From Octopus vulgaris (lineage: Eukaryota): DNA of 64,000 nucleotides. The translations under genes and the position numbers were made by a program. The notes beneath the pieces are model-generated. The model was not told the DNA's origin, did not search any database, and saw only the letters and a list, made by a program, of their open reading frames with translations. Shown one piece after another: positions 15,237 to 31,560 of this stretch (the stretch's first letter is position 1; every line of letters starts with the position of its first letter). The stretch is taken from NCBI GenBank assembly GCA_951406725.2, contig OX597837.1, forward strand, positions 32,116,001 through 32,180,000, read 5' to 3'.

Positions 15237-15624
15237 GTGGAGGCGCAATTGCCCAGTGGTTAGGGCAGCGGACACGCGGTCATAGGATCGCGGTTTCGAT
15301 TCCCAGATCGGGCGTTGTGAGTGCTTATTGAGCGAAAACACCTAAAGCTCCACGAGGCTCCGGCAGGGGATGGTGGTGATCCTTGCTGTACTCTATCACC
15401 ACAACTTTCTCTCACTCTTACTTCCTGTTTCTGTTGTACCTGTATTTCAAAGGGCCGGCCTTGTCACTCTCTGTGTCACGCTGAATATCCCCGAGAACTA
15501 CGTTAAGGGTACACGTGTCTGTGGAGTGCTCAGCCACTTACACGTTAATTTCACGAGCAGGCTGTTCCGTTGATTCGGATCAACCGGAACCCTCGTCGTC
15601 GTAACCGACGGAGTGCTTCCATCC
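15237..15624 (+). mobile_element. SINE family A (full length)
   Basis: Near-identical to 665-1047; flanked by a gtatgtgtctgtg-like direct repeat. Confidence 0.9.
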
Positions 15625-15686
15625 ATGTATGTGTCTGTGTACGAGTGTGTGTACGCGCGTGCGTTCCCTACTGGATATTGATTGAG

Positions 15687-15737
<51 letters not shown>

Positions 15738-15790
15738 GTGTGTAAATGTATGAAAGAAATCCCAAGAGGGGGATGAGAGGAAGAAGAAAA

Positions 15791-15818
15791 GATGATGATG
15801 ATGATGGTGATGATGATG

Positions 15819-15850
<32 letters not shown>

Positions 15851-16101
15851 GATGATGATGATGGTGATGATGATGGTGATGGGGATGATGATGATGATGA
15901 TGAGGATGATGATGATGATGACGATGATGATGGTTATGGTGATGATGATGATAATGGTGATGATGGTGATGATGGTGATGATGGTGATGATGATGATGAT
16001 AATGATGGTGGTGATGACGATGATGATGATGGCGATGATGATGATGATGATGATGATGATGGTGGTGATGATGATGATGATGGTGATGATGGTGATGATG
16101 G

Positions 16102-16136
<35 letters not shown>

Positions 16137-16143
16137 GTGATGG

Positions 16144-16175
<32 letters not shown>

Positions 16176-16225
16176 GTGATGGTGATGATGGTGATGATGG
16201 TGATGATGATGATAATGATGATGGC

Positions 16226-16262
<37 letters not shown>

Positions 16263-16396
16263 GTGATGATGGTGATGATGAAGGTGATGGTGGTGGTGAT
16301 GATGATGATAGTGATGATGGTGATGATGATGATGATGATGGTGATGATGGTGATGATGATAAGGATGATGGCGATGATGATGATGATGATGATGAT
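15791..16396. repeat. (GAT)n/(GGT) trinucleotide tract
   Basis: Direct reading. Confidence 0.97.
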
Positions 16397-16408
16397 TAAA
16401 TACGATTG

Positions 16409-16766
16409 TTACCTCTGCCTTAGCGAAGGCGGAGGTATTGTTTTCAGTGTTGTTTGTTTGCTTGCTCGTCCGTGTGGACAAAATATCTCAAGAACTTGCT
16501 GGATGGATTCGGATGAAACTTTCAGGGATGTCTGGCCACGTGACTGACTAGAATTCGGGATCGATCTTGTACCAGTCAAGGATTCTGGATTATTATTATT
16601 ATTATTGTTTTTGTTTTGTTTTTTTTTTTGTTTTTTTTACTTAATTGCTAGTATTCTCGTTCGTGAGAGCAGTCGAGTTTATTTCAGATATTCTCATTTT
16701 AAAAATTATCACTGGTTAATCGTTGGTGTTGCCTTGGCGGAGGTTTGTGCTCTCTGAGTGCTCTTG

Positions 16767-16767
<1 letters not shown>
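16409..16767 (+). mobile_element. Helentron/DINE-1-like (HINE) non-autonomous element
   Basis: 5' ACCTCTGCC with a nearby inverted copy GGCGGAGGT, then (GTTT)n, a 3' GGCGGAGGT subterminal repeat and a terminal stem-loop (gtgctctctgagtgc). This matches the DINE-1/HINE architecture. Confidence 0.55.
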
Positions 16768-16831
<64 letters not shown>

Positions 16832-16937
16832 TCTTGCCGAGTGTCTTCCCGACTTAGGCAAGAAATCATCATCATTAAACCAAACTCAATAGTTCGTTCA
16901 TTTAAAAAAGTTAAATTAAAATACATGAGCAGCAACA

Positions 16938-17004
<67 letters not shown>

Positions 17005-17012
17005 CAGCATCA

Positions 17013-17044
<32 letters not shown>

Positions 17045-17327
17045 GAGTGAGAGAGCAGTGCATGCCATCAAAGTGGCACTGGGGTACAATATACGAAGCC
17101 CAATATACCCATCATGACTACCCGTCTGATAAGGGTACACCAGGCACATGCATCACAACCATATATGCGCGACATGGTGATCTCATATCAAGATAAACTG
17201 CACATGACCTTGCAGGTGGGGCCCAGTTAGAATTTTCTTCAGGTTCAGTAGCCCATCCCGCTCAAAAGGTCCCTGAATAAGGGTTGTTTAAGGATGTTGA
17301 AAGAACCACCCATGTTTCCAGAGGTGA

Positions 17328-17397
<70 letters not shown>

Positions 17398-17810
17398 GGC
17401 AGCGAGCTGGCAGAAACGTTAGCATGCTGGGCGAAATGCTTAGCAGTATTTCGTCTGCCGTTATGTTCTGAGTTCAAATTCCGCAGAGGTAGACTTTGCC
17501 TTTTATCCTTTCGGGGTCGATAAATTAAGTACTAGTTACGCACTGGGGTCGATGTAATCGACTTAATCCGTTTGTCTGTCCTTGTTTGTCCTCTCTGTGT
17601 TTAGCCCCTTGTGGGTAGTAAAGAAATAGAAATAGACATTTCATCAGCCGCTACGTTCTGAGTTCAAATTCCGCCAAGATCGACTTTGTCTTTCATCTTT
17701 TCGGGGTCGATAAATTAAGTACCACTTGCGTACTGGGGTCGATCTAATCGACTGGCCAATCCCCGCCAAATTTCAAGCCTTGTGCCTATAGTAGAAAGGA
17801 TCATTATTAT
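17398..17810 (+). mobile_element. SINE family B dimer (tail1 + tail2)
   Basis: Same organisation as 1218-1620. Confidence 0.85.
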
Positions 17811-17860
<50 letters not shown>

Positions 17861-18013
17861 AGAAGAAGAAGAAGAAGAAGAGGCGGAGGAGGATATTCAG
17901 TATTACCCAATTTACCAATCAGTTTCATAAAAGAGTTGAGATATCTCCAACAATCAAGATAATTATTTTTCTGTCTGTCTCCACTCCTCTCACCCAACAC
18001 ACACACACGCACA

Positions 18014-18910
18014 CAGAGGGTGCGAGAGGTATTTGAGGACATACTAAATACTTCAGCAGAACAATTCCAATTGAGCAAAAGCCAAATCCATTTCAATAAA
18101 AATTTAAAAAATTGAGGCACAGGTTCTGAGCTTTTTTCATAAGATTATTTCATAAATCCGCCTTTACCTTCAAAGCTGGATCGGAATTGTTGACATGCCT
18201 TGCACTTAATGGACCTTGTTCATTTCGGTCTTCACCTTGACAATGGCAGCTTTGTGTGAAGTTATGATATTGTGAAGTGGAGGCGCAATGGCCCAGTGGT
18301 TAGGGCAGCGGACACGCGGTCATAGGATCGCTGTTTCGATTCCCAGACCGGGCGTTGTGAGTGTTTATTGAGCGAAAACACCTAAAGCTCCACGAGGCTC
18401 CGGCAGAGGATGGTGGTGGTGATCCCTGCTGTACTCTTACACCACAACTTTCTCTCACTCTTACTTCCTGTTTCTGTTGTACCTGTATTTCAAAGGGCCG
18501 GCCTTGTCACTCTCTGTATCACGCTGAATATCCCCCGAGAACTACGTTAAGGGTGCACGTGTCTGTGGAGTGCTCAGCCACTTACACGTTAATTTCACGA
18601 GCAGGCTGTTCCGTTGATTCGGATCAATCGGAATTCTCGTCGTCGTAACCGACGGAGTGCTTCCATCCAGATATTGTGAAGATCTCGTTTAGTTTCCCAT
18701 TCGAAGTTTGTAACGTAATAGTCCATGGGATTTAAGTCCGGATAATTTGGATATCACAAGTTTGGTAGACAAGGATGCCAGACAAACGTAAATATTGTCT
18801 GGCATCCATTCTTGTGTTACGTGAGCTTTGTGAAAAGATTGTGAGTCTGGTCGAAAAATGCATGGCCATCCGCTGCATGCATCATCCATTCGGAATTTTA
18901 CAACTGACCC
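18014..18910 (-). mobile_element. Tc1/mariner-superfamily transposase fossil with terminal TIR, split by a SINE A
   Basis: Minus-strand frameshifted peptide ...IFRPDSQSFHKAHVTQEW...YPNYPDLNPMDYYV...ETKRDLHNIITSHKAAIV...ACQQFRS...KGGF resembles the FQQD.AP.H / SPDLNP.D catalytic region. The terminus reads CAGAGGGTG. Confidence 0.75.
18277..18669 (+). mobile_element. SINE family A with 12-bp TSD
   Basis: TSD GATATTGTGAAG at 18266-18277 and 18670-18681. Confidence 0.92.
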
Positions 18911-19048
18911 CAGCCCCTCTTCTATGTAGGGCGAAGGCGTGGCTCTGTAGTAAGAAGTTTGTTTCCCAACTACATGGTCCCGGGTTCAGTCTCCTGCGTG
19001 GCACCTTGAGCACTGTCTTCTACTATAGCCTCGAGCCAGTCAAAGCCT

Positions 19049-19056
19049 AGATAGAT

Positions 19057-19097
<41 letters not shown>

Positions 19098-19100
19098 TAC

Positions 19101-19189
<89 letters not shown>

Positions 19190-19190
19190 C

Positions 19191-19255
<65 letters not shown>

Positions 19256-19273
19256 CAGATAGATAGATATATG

Positions 19274-19309
<36 letters not shown>

Positions 19310-20174
19310 TGTTCTTCATTTTTGCGATGGTATACCCAGGATTCTTCGTTTCTCTCCTATTCCTTTCAGGTTGACGTTTGTCATCTGTCTAATTAAATTC
19401 TTAATTAATTATAGAGTTGTCCTAATGAACAAATACGTCGTTTGCACCAATTATGACGTAGTCTAAGAGGTTCCTGCGTATTTTCCATGCACCACACATA
19501 ATTACACATTATATATACATACATACATACATACATACATACATACATACATACATACATACATACATACATACATACATACACACACATACATACGTAC
19601 GTACATACATACATACATACATACATACATACATACATACATACATACATACATACATACATACATACATACATACATACACACACACATACATACATAC
19701 ATACATACATACATACATACATACATACAAACATACATACATACATACATACATACAAACATACATACATACATACATACATACATACATACATACATAC
19801 ATACATACATACATACATACATACATACATACATACATACATACATACATACATACATACATACATACATACATACATACATACATACATACATACATAC
19901 ATACATACATACATACATACATACATACATACATACATACATACATACATACATACAAAACATACATACATACATATACATACATACATACATACATACA
20001 TACATACATACATACATACATACACACATACATACTTACATACATATATACATACATGCATACATAGATACATACACACATGCATATATACATACATACA
20101 TACATATATATGCATACATGTATACATACATACTACATACATACATACATACATACATACATACATACATACAT

Positions 20175-20205
<31 letters not shown>

Positions 20206-20356
20206 TACATACATACATACATACATACATACATACATACATACATACATACATACATACATACATACATACATACATACATACATACATACATACATAC
20301 ATACATACATACATACATACATACATACATACATACATACATACACACATACATAC

Positions 20357-20387
<31 letters not shown>

Positions 20388-20396
20388 CATACATAC

Positions 20397-20427
<31 letters not shown>

Positions 20428-20600
20428 CATACATACACACATACATACATACATACACACACACATACATACATACATACATACATACATACATACATAC
20501 ATACATACATACATACATACGTTCATACATACATACATACAGACATACATACATACATACATACATACATACTTACATACTTACATACATACATACATAC
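19049..20600. repeat. (GATA/GACA)n and long (ACAT)n microsatellites
   Basis: Direct reading: 19049-19268 and 19512-20600. Confidence 0.95.
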
Positions 20601-20763
20601 ATGTATATATATGTGTGTGTGTAGTTAGATAGATTGATAGATAGATGTATAGACCAATACAACTTGGTGCGTCTTGTGTGCCTCTGTGTGTGTGTGTGTG
20701 TGTGTGTGTGTATGAATGTACGCTTATGCTTCGTATGTCTTATGCGTGTATGTATGCATGTGT

Positions 20764-20806
<43 letters not shown>

Positions 20807-20916
20807 GAAAAGAGAGAGGGAGAGAGCGAGAAGCGGGGAAGAGCAAGGGAGAGAGAAACCGTGCATGCGTGTGTAATGTGTGAGTTTGAACACAGCGGGG
20901 GAGGGAGAAGAAAAAC

Positions 20917-20950
<34 letters not shown>

Positions 20951-21204
20951 AAAGAGCGAGAGAAAGCATTGAAAAAAGAGTCAAGCTATTACAGCATATA
21001 AACATATACACGCATTCACAGTCACATGCACACACACACACAACCACACACATACACACACACGGAAGCATAAACAAACACATATGCACATATAGACAGA
21101 GAGAGAGGGGGGGATATTAAGCGAAGGAGAGAATCTGTGTGTGTGCGGGGTGGGGGGGGGGGTGAAAATGTGTGTGTGTGTGTGAGAAATACATATAGTA
21201 AAAC

Positions 21205-24340
<3,136 letters not shown>

Positions 24341-24399
24341 GAGAGTGTGTCACAGAGATGCAAAGAGTGTCATAGAGATGCAGAAATAGAGGGGCGAGC

Positions 24400-24805
24400 G
24401 TGTGTGTGTATGTATGTGTATGTGAGCATGTGAGTGTGTGTGTTAGTGTATATGTGTGTGTATGTGTGTGTGTGTATGTGAGTGTGTGTGTTAGTGTATG
24501 TGTGTGTATGTGAGTGTGTGTGTTAGTGTATATGTGTGTGTATATGTGTGTGTGTGTTAGTGTATGTGTGTATGTGAGTGTGTGTGTTAGTGTATGTGTG
24601 TGTATGTGAGTGTGTGTGTTAGTGTATGTGTGTGTATGTGAGTGTGTGTGTTAGTGTATATGTGTGTGTATGTGTGTGTATGTGAGTGTGTGTTTTAGTG
24701 TATATGTGTGTGTATGTGAGTGTGTATGTTAGTGTATGTGAGTGTGTGTGTTAGTGTATGTGTGTGTATGTGTGTGTGTGTGTTTGTGTATGTGTGTGTA
24801 TGTTA
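24400..24805. repeat. GT-rich minisatellite (~30-bp unit, GTGTGTGTTAGTGTATGTGTGTGTATGTGA-like)
   Basis: TTAGTGTAT recurs at roughly regular spacing within (GT)n. Confidence 0.8.
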
Positions 24806-25199
24806 GAGACAGCGAGAGTGAGTGAGAGAGAGAGAGAGAGAGAGGTCTAGTGACAGCAAGTCTGTGAGTCAAAGATAGATAGACAGACAGAAAGATAGAT
24901 AAAACTAGAGAGAGAGAGAGAGAGAGAGAGAAAGCGTCAGAGAGAGAAAGAGTCAGAGAGAGGGACATAGATTATGAAAGAGAGAGAGAGTGTGCGTCAT
25001 ACACATATATATATATATACATATATACACACATGAATAAAGACAGAGACACAGCAGAGAGAAAGAGACAGTTAAGAAAGAGGCAAGCTATTACATTGGA
25101 TGTGCTTTTATATGTTCTAAGTGTTGGCCAGACGTGTTTTCACTGGCTGCTGTTACTGTTCCTGTTGCCAGCATCGACATTTTTTCCTCTTCTTCTTAA

Positions 25200-25369
25200 A
25201 TGATTACAAGGATGGTTGGCAGCGGGACGGGCGGCTTCCACAGGAATGTCCGAAACTTTCTCTTCGGCTATATTACATTAACGACGGTTATTCTACAATG
25301 GCAGGGTGATGCCGTTCTACAGAAAAACGGAAACAGAACTGGGAAATCTGTAGATGGACAACTGGTCGG
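25200..25369 (+). CDS. Putative first coding exon of a secreted or membrane protein (signal-peptide-like)
   Basis: ATG at 25200 follows an in-frame TAA (alternative ATG at 25212). The frame reads MITRMVGSGTGGFHRNVRNFLFGYITLTTVILQWQGDAVLQKNGNRTGKSVDGQLVG and ends at a consensus donor GG|GTAAGT (25370). It is a unique, GC-richer island among microsatellites. No homologue was recognised. Confidence 0.55.
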
Positions 25370-25689
25370 GTAAGTGTATATATATATATATGTATATGTA
25401 TATATGTATGTATATATATTTATTTATTTATTTACATCCAATCAAAACAAAACTGAACGGTTAAGATAGATATATATATATATACCCCCAGTAGCACCAC
25501 CGACGAGAAATCAACGCCAAAAAAACACACACGCACACACACACGCATGCACACACAAATACAAACACACACACACACATACATACACACAAACAAACAA
25601 ACAATACTAACATAAACAACAATTAAAAAGAAAAAAAAAGAAAATGAACATAAGAAACGAAAAAAAAAATTGTTTAGCAATAATAATGA

Positions 25690-26271
25690 TGATTGATGAT
25701 TGATGATGTCGATGATTGATGATGTAGATGATTGATGGAAATGATGATGATGATAATGATGATGATGATGGTGATGATGATGATATGATGATGACGACGA
25801 CGATGATGATGACGATTACGACGACGACGACGACGATGATGATGATGATGATGGTGATTGTAATTATCACAGTAATTAGTATGGTGACGATGGACGCCAT
25901 CGTCATCGTCATCAGCATCCTCATCGTGATTAGTGTGATAAGGTGGCTGATTATATGACGAGGTAAAAAAGATGATGATGAAGTCGGTGATGATAGGTGT
26001 AAGAAACAAATGACAGTAATGATGATGATGATGATGATGATGACGATGACGACGATGATGATGATGACAATGTTGAAGAGGAAGAGTGGGAGAAGGAGGA
26101 GGAAAGTATATGATAAATGATGAGGGTGATTACAATGATGAGGAAGAGGGGGTGTTATTATGATGTTTATGATGACGATAATCTTGATGACGATGATGAT
26201 GATGATGATGATTAGGATGGTGATGATGATGATGATGATATGATGATGATGATGATGATGATGATGACGAT

Positions 26272-26314
<43 letters not shown>

Positions 26315-26366
26315 GTGATGGTGGTGGTGGTGGTGGTGGTGGTGGTGGTGGTGGTGGTGGTGGTGG

Positions 26367-26430
<64 letters not shown>
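25690..26430. repeat. (GAT)n/(GAC)n/(GGT)n trinucleotide region
   Basis: Direct reading. Confidence 0.93.
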
Positions 26431-26458
26431 AATAATGACCATAACCATTGTAGAAATG

Positions 26459-27252
26459 ATGTAAGGTATTTTGTACGACGCACTAACGATTATGCTAGCT
26501 TGCCGCCTTAAATTGTTTCAAATTTTGGCACAAGGCCAGCAATTTCAGGGGAGGGAGTAAGTCGTTTATATCGACCCCCAGTATTTTGTTTTAGGGACCT
26601 CGAAAAGATGAAAGATAAAGTGACCTCGGCGGGATTTGAACACGGAATGTAAAGAACTGAAACAAATAGCACAAGGTATTTTTATTCGACGCCCTACCGC
26701 TATAACAACAACAACAACAACAACAACAACAACCACAATAACCACAACAGCAACAACCACAACAACAACAACGATAGCAATAAAAAACAATCACAACATT
26801 GGATCCCAGCACTTGACTCCTCTAGAAGTATGAAAAATATAAAGTTGACTTCTGACGGATTCGAACTCAGATTGTAAAGGTTCGACGCTATATATATATA
26901 TATATTACAAAACATTTCTCCCGACATTCAACTCATTCAATCAATACAAACTCCCAATTGTAATCTACCGCCCTCCAGTTCTTTGGAGGGCGGCGTGGAA
27001 TTGGCAGAAGCGGTAGGGCGTCGAATAAAAAATACCTTGTGCTATTTGTTTCAGTTCTTTACATTCCGTGTTCAAATCCCGCCGAGGTCACTTTACCTTT
27101 CATCTTTTCGAGGTCCCTAAAACAAAATACTGGGGGTCGATATAAACGACTTACTCCCTCCCCTGAAATCGCTGGCCTTGTGCCAAAATTTGAAACAATT
27201 TAAGGCGGCAAGCTAGCATAATCGTTAGTGCGTCGTACAAAATACCTTACAT
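26459..27252. repeat. ~245-bp inverted duplication of a diverged SINE B segment
   Basis: 26459-26701 is the near-perfect reverse complement of 27009-27252; the spacer is ~305 bp. Confidence 0.92.
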
Positions 27253-27506
27253 TATCTCTTCTGGATCTTTACGTTCTGGGGTCAACATTGCCTTCCTCAT
27301 TTCGGGGTCGATAAAATAAGTACCAGCCTAATACAGAAGTCGATGTTATCGGCTTACCTACTTCCAGTGTTTCTCAAACTTTTTACCTTTTCGTAACCCT
27401 TAAAATACATTACATGTCTCAAGGAACCCCTGCACACAAAAAAATTATAAACCATATCTTATATTTTTTCATCGTAGTTCACGTGATAAATATCATATAT
27501 ATATAC

Positions 27507-27567
<61 letters not shown>

Positions 27568-27736
27568 CATACATACATACATACGTACATACATACATAC
27601 ATACATATATACATATGTATGTATCCATATATCTACTTCACCCTTTTCCTTCCGGTCTTTCAAAATGTGACCTCGTGTGTACCGTTGGCAATTTTTTTCC
27701 TCTGTCTTCCCTTCTCTGGATCTTCCCTTCTCCTAT

Positions 27737-27771
27737 GTTTCCGACGAAGAGCTCCGCTCGAAACGTTAAAC
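27737..27771 (+). ncRNA. Minimal hammerhead-like motif in a Penelope-like remnant
   Basis: gttt-CCGACGA-a-GAGC-tcc-GCTC-GAAAC-GTTA-aac; the core carries a U4>C deviation. Confidence 0.5.
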
Positions 27772-27868
27772 CCTCCTTTTTCCTTCTTTCCCGAGCGTCC
27801 AATAATACTATATTTGTTCCACGTCCTCGCGTTGTTGTGTTTTTTTTTTTGTGCTTTCTTGTTTGGAT

Positions 27869-27954
<86 letters not shown>

Positions 27955-27991
27955 GCAAGATTTTTTTATGTGAAGTCGTATGTTGAAACAG

Positions 27992-28192
27992 ATATTGTTA
28001 TATTTCGGAATGGTCATTTTGCCAGTTTAGCCAATAAAAACACACGCACTATATAAGGATATATATGGCCGAAATAAGATTAAGATTAATGTAAAAAATA
28101 AATAACACTGAAGCAAAGTAACACCAAATATATAGTGCGTGTGTTTTTATTGGCTAAACTGGCAAAATGACCATTCCGAAATATAACAATAT
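27992..28192. repeat. Perfect 64-bp inverted repeat
   Basis: 27992-28055 is the reverse complement of 28129-28192. A related fold-back lies at ~22013-22122. Confidence 0.93.
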
Positions 28193-28589
28193 ATATATAT
28201 ATATATATATGGTGTCTATAAATTACAGTCACCACTAAATATATTGACAATGGTTGTTATATATATATATATTTTGATAACATAATTGGTTAGATAGGAT
28301 GATGTCTATATTACAATATTACGATAAACAATATTATATTGTACCTTGTATAGTAATATTACGATCATGAAATTAGCATTATCTTATCTCACTCATTCTC
28401 GCGGAACCCCTAGGGACCTTTTGCGGAACCCCCTAGGAACCTTTTGCGGAACCCCTAGGAAACTTTTGCGGAACTGTAGCGTTCCGGAGAACCCCGGTTG
28501 AGAAACGCTTATCTCTCTTAAAATTGCTGGCCTTGTGCCCAAAATTTGAAATTATTGCTATTATTATTATTATTATTATTGTTTAAAAA

Positions 28590-28810
28590 GCTGCGAGATG
28601 GCGGAATCGTTACCGCATCGGACAAACTGCTTAGCGGCATTTCGTCCGTCTTTTATGTTTTTGAGTTCAAATTCCGCCGAGGTCAACTTTACTTTTTCAT
28701 GCTTTCGGAGGTCGATTAAATAAGTACCAGTTGAACACTGGGGTCGATGCAATCAAACTCATACCCATCCTTCTAAAATTGCTACCCTTGTGGCAAAATT
28801 TGAAACCATT
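28590..28810 (+). mobile_element. Diverged SINE family B (tail2 type)
   Basis: Head, B box and core are recognisable; it ends in (ATT)n. Confidence 0.75.
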
Positions 28811-28901
28811 ATCATTATTACTATTATTATTATTATTATCATAGGGATTTGAACAGCCAGGTTCAAATGTTATATTAAAACGACTCTCTCTCACTCTCTC
28901 A

Positions 28902-28944
<43 letters not shown>

Positions 28945-29264
28945 GCACGCACACACACGCACACACACACACACATACGCACACACACACACCGTTTGCC
29001 GCAGTGTTTTACTGGTGTTATATACTTTATCATTTTATCAAATTCAGAAAAGGATAAAAATCAAAGGTCGATACAATGCTGAGATTTGAATTCGAAACGT
29101 ATGCGTTCGAATCTTGCCATAGTCTATTTTACCCTTCATGTCCCGAGAAATATTTATTGATATATTCATTCATTCCTTCATTTATTTATTTAATTATCTA
29201 TTTATTTATTTATTTATTTTAAATTGCAATTCAGAAAGATTAGCGTTACCAATGGAAGTTAATA

Positions 29265-29555
29265 GTGGAGGCGCAATGGCCCAGTGGTTAGGGCAGCGGA
29301 CTCGCGGTCGGAGGATCGCGGCTTCGATTCCCAGACCGGGCGTTGTGTGTGTTTATTGAGCGAAAACACCTAAAAGCTCCACGAGGCTCCGGCAGTGGGT
29401 GGTGGCGACCTCTGTTGTACTCTTTCTTCCTGTTTCTTGAGTAACGCTGCGATGGACTGGCGTCCTGTCCAGCTGAGGAGGGAGCACGTACGCCACAGAA
29501 ACCGGGAAACCGGGGCCCACGAGCCTGGCTAGGCTTGAAAAGGGCGAAAAAAAAA
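29265..29555 (+). mobile_element. Chimeric SINE: family A head/body plus family E tail
   Basis: The first ~160 bp match A; the 3' part matches the tail of 4613-4858. Confidence 0.8.
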
Positions 29556-29589
29556 GGATGTTAATATAGAAGCTTTGTCTTTTTTACTT

Positions 29590-30016
29590 TACTCTTTGCT
29601 CTGTTTTACTCTCTTTTACTTGTTTCAGTCGTTTGACTGCGGCCATGCTGGAGCACCGCCTTTAGTCGAGCAAATCGACCCCGGGACTTATTCTTTTTCA
29701 AGCCCGGTACTTATTCTATCGGTCTCTTTTTGCCGAACCGCTAAGTGACGGGGACGTAAAAACACCAGCATCGGTTGCCAAGCAATGCTAGGGAAACAAA
29801 CACAGACACACAACACACACACATACATATATATATATACATATACATATATACGACGGGCTTCTTTCAGTTTCCGTCTACCAAATCCACTCACAAGGCA
29901 TTGGTCGGCCCGGGGCTATAGCAGAAAACACTTGCCCAAGATGCCACGCAGTGGGACTGAACCCGGAACCATGCGGTTGGTTAGCAAGCTACTTACCACA
30001 CAGCCACTCCTGCGCC
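29590..30016 (-). mobile_element. SINE family C (full length)
   Basis: Reverse complement of the C sequence. Confidence 0.9.
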
Positions 30017-30157
30017 TTTGTTTCTTCAAACATCTGTTTTCCTTCTATTTTCCATTACAGTTTGTGCCAAAGGGCAGGGGCGGGGCATCGGTGTAGAACT
30101 TGGTGAAATTCGTTCGAGTAAGCGCTGGATTTTCGGTTTTATTATGAGGCGAGTTAA

Positions 30158-31088
30158 GGCGACGATCTTACAGACTCGGTAGAAGGCAGAGTAAAATGCT
30201 TAGCAGAATTTCGTCCATCTTTACGTTCTGAGTTCAAATTCCACCGAGGTCGATTTTGTCCCTTTGTACCTTTCGGGGTCTATAACATAAGAGCCTAAAG
30301 AATTTCAGTCTTTGTGCTGATAGTAGGAAGGATTATTACAAGCTCCGTTAAGACGACGAGTTGGGAGAATCGTTAGCACGCTGGACAAAATGCTTAGAGA
30401 CGTTTCTTCCATTTTTACATTCTGAGTTCAAATTCCGCCGAGGTCGACTTTGCATTTTTGTCCCTTTCGGGGTCTATAACATAAGAACCAGTCGTGCAAT
30501 GGGGTCGATGTAGTCGACCCGCAACTCTTCCCTAAAAGATTTCAGCCCTTGTGCCGATTGTAGAAACGATTATTACAAGATATACTAAGATAGCAGAATC
30601 GTTAATGGTGGCGAGCTGGCAGAATCGTTAAGTACCAGTTACACACTGGGGTCGATATAAATCGACTTAATTCGTTTGTCTGTCCTTGTTTGTCCCTTCT
30701 GTGTTTAGCCCCTTGTGGGTAGTAAAGAAATAGGTATTTCGTCTGCCGTTACGTTCTGAGTTCAAATTCCGCCCAGGTCGACTTTGCCTTTCATCTTTTC
30801 GGGGTCGATAGATAAAGTACCGGGGTCGATATAATCGACTTAATACCTATGTCTGTCCTTGTTTGTCCCCTCTGTGTTTAGCCCCTTGTGGCTAGTAAAG
30901 AAATAGTTATTTCGTCTGCCGTTACGTTCTAAGTTCAAACTCCGCTGAGGTCGACTTTGCCTTTCATCCTTTCGGGGTCGATAGATAAAGTACCAGTTAC
31001 ACACCGGGGTCGATATAATCGACTTAATTCGTTTGTCTGTCCTTGTTTGTCCCGTCTGTGTTTAGCCCCTTGTGGGCAATAAAGAAAT
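30158..31088 (+). mobile_element. Tandem cluster of SINE B units (old tail2 copies followed by a multimer of tail1 units)
   Basis: Five or more B cores in the same orientation. Confidence 0.85.
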
Positions 31089-31143
31089 ACATATGAACCA
31101 AACTGCTAATGTGCGTATCAGTTTCCAACATTATATTTCGATG

Positions 31144-31355
31144 TTTACTCTTTTACTTGTTTCAGTCATTTGACTGCGGCCATGCTGGAGCACCGCCTTT
31201 AGTCGAGCAAATCGACCCCAGGACTTATTCTTTGTAAGCCCAGTACTTATTCTATCGGTCTCTTTTGCCGAACCGCTAAGTACACGGGGACGTAAACACA
31301 CCAGCATCGGTTGTCAAGCAATGCTAGTGGGACAAACACAGACACACAAACACAT

Positions 31356-31386
<31 letters not shown>

Positions 31387-31560
31387 CATATATACGACAG
31401 GCTTTTTTCAGTTTCCGTCTACTAAATCCACTCACAAGGCATTGGTCGGCCCGGGGCTATAGCAGAAGACACTTTGCCCAAGATGCCACGCAGTGGGACT
31501 GAACCTGGAACCATGTGGCTGGTAAGCGAGCTACTTACCACACAGCCTCTCCTGCGCCTA
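31144..31560 (-). mobile_element. SINE family C (full length)
   Basis: Reverse complement of the C sequence. Confidence 0.9.

Larger units (their letters stand above)
27365..28509. mobile_element. hAT (Charlie-like) MITE inserted in a SINE B tail and itself interrupted by (TA)n/Penelope-like pieces
   Basis: TIRs CAGTGTTTCTCAA / TTGAGAAACGCT and subterminal GCGGAACCCCTAGG repeats. The SINE tail resumes after the right end (aaattgctggccttgtgc). Confidence 0.65.
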
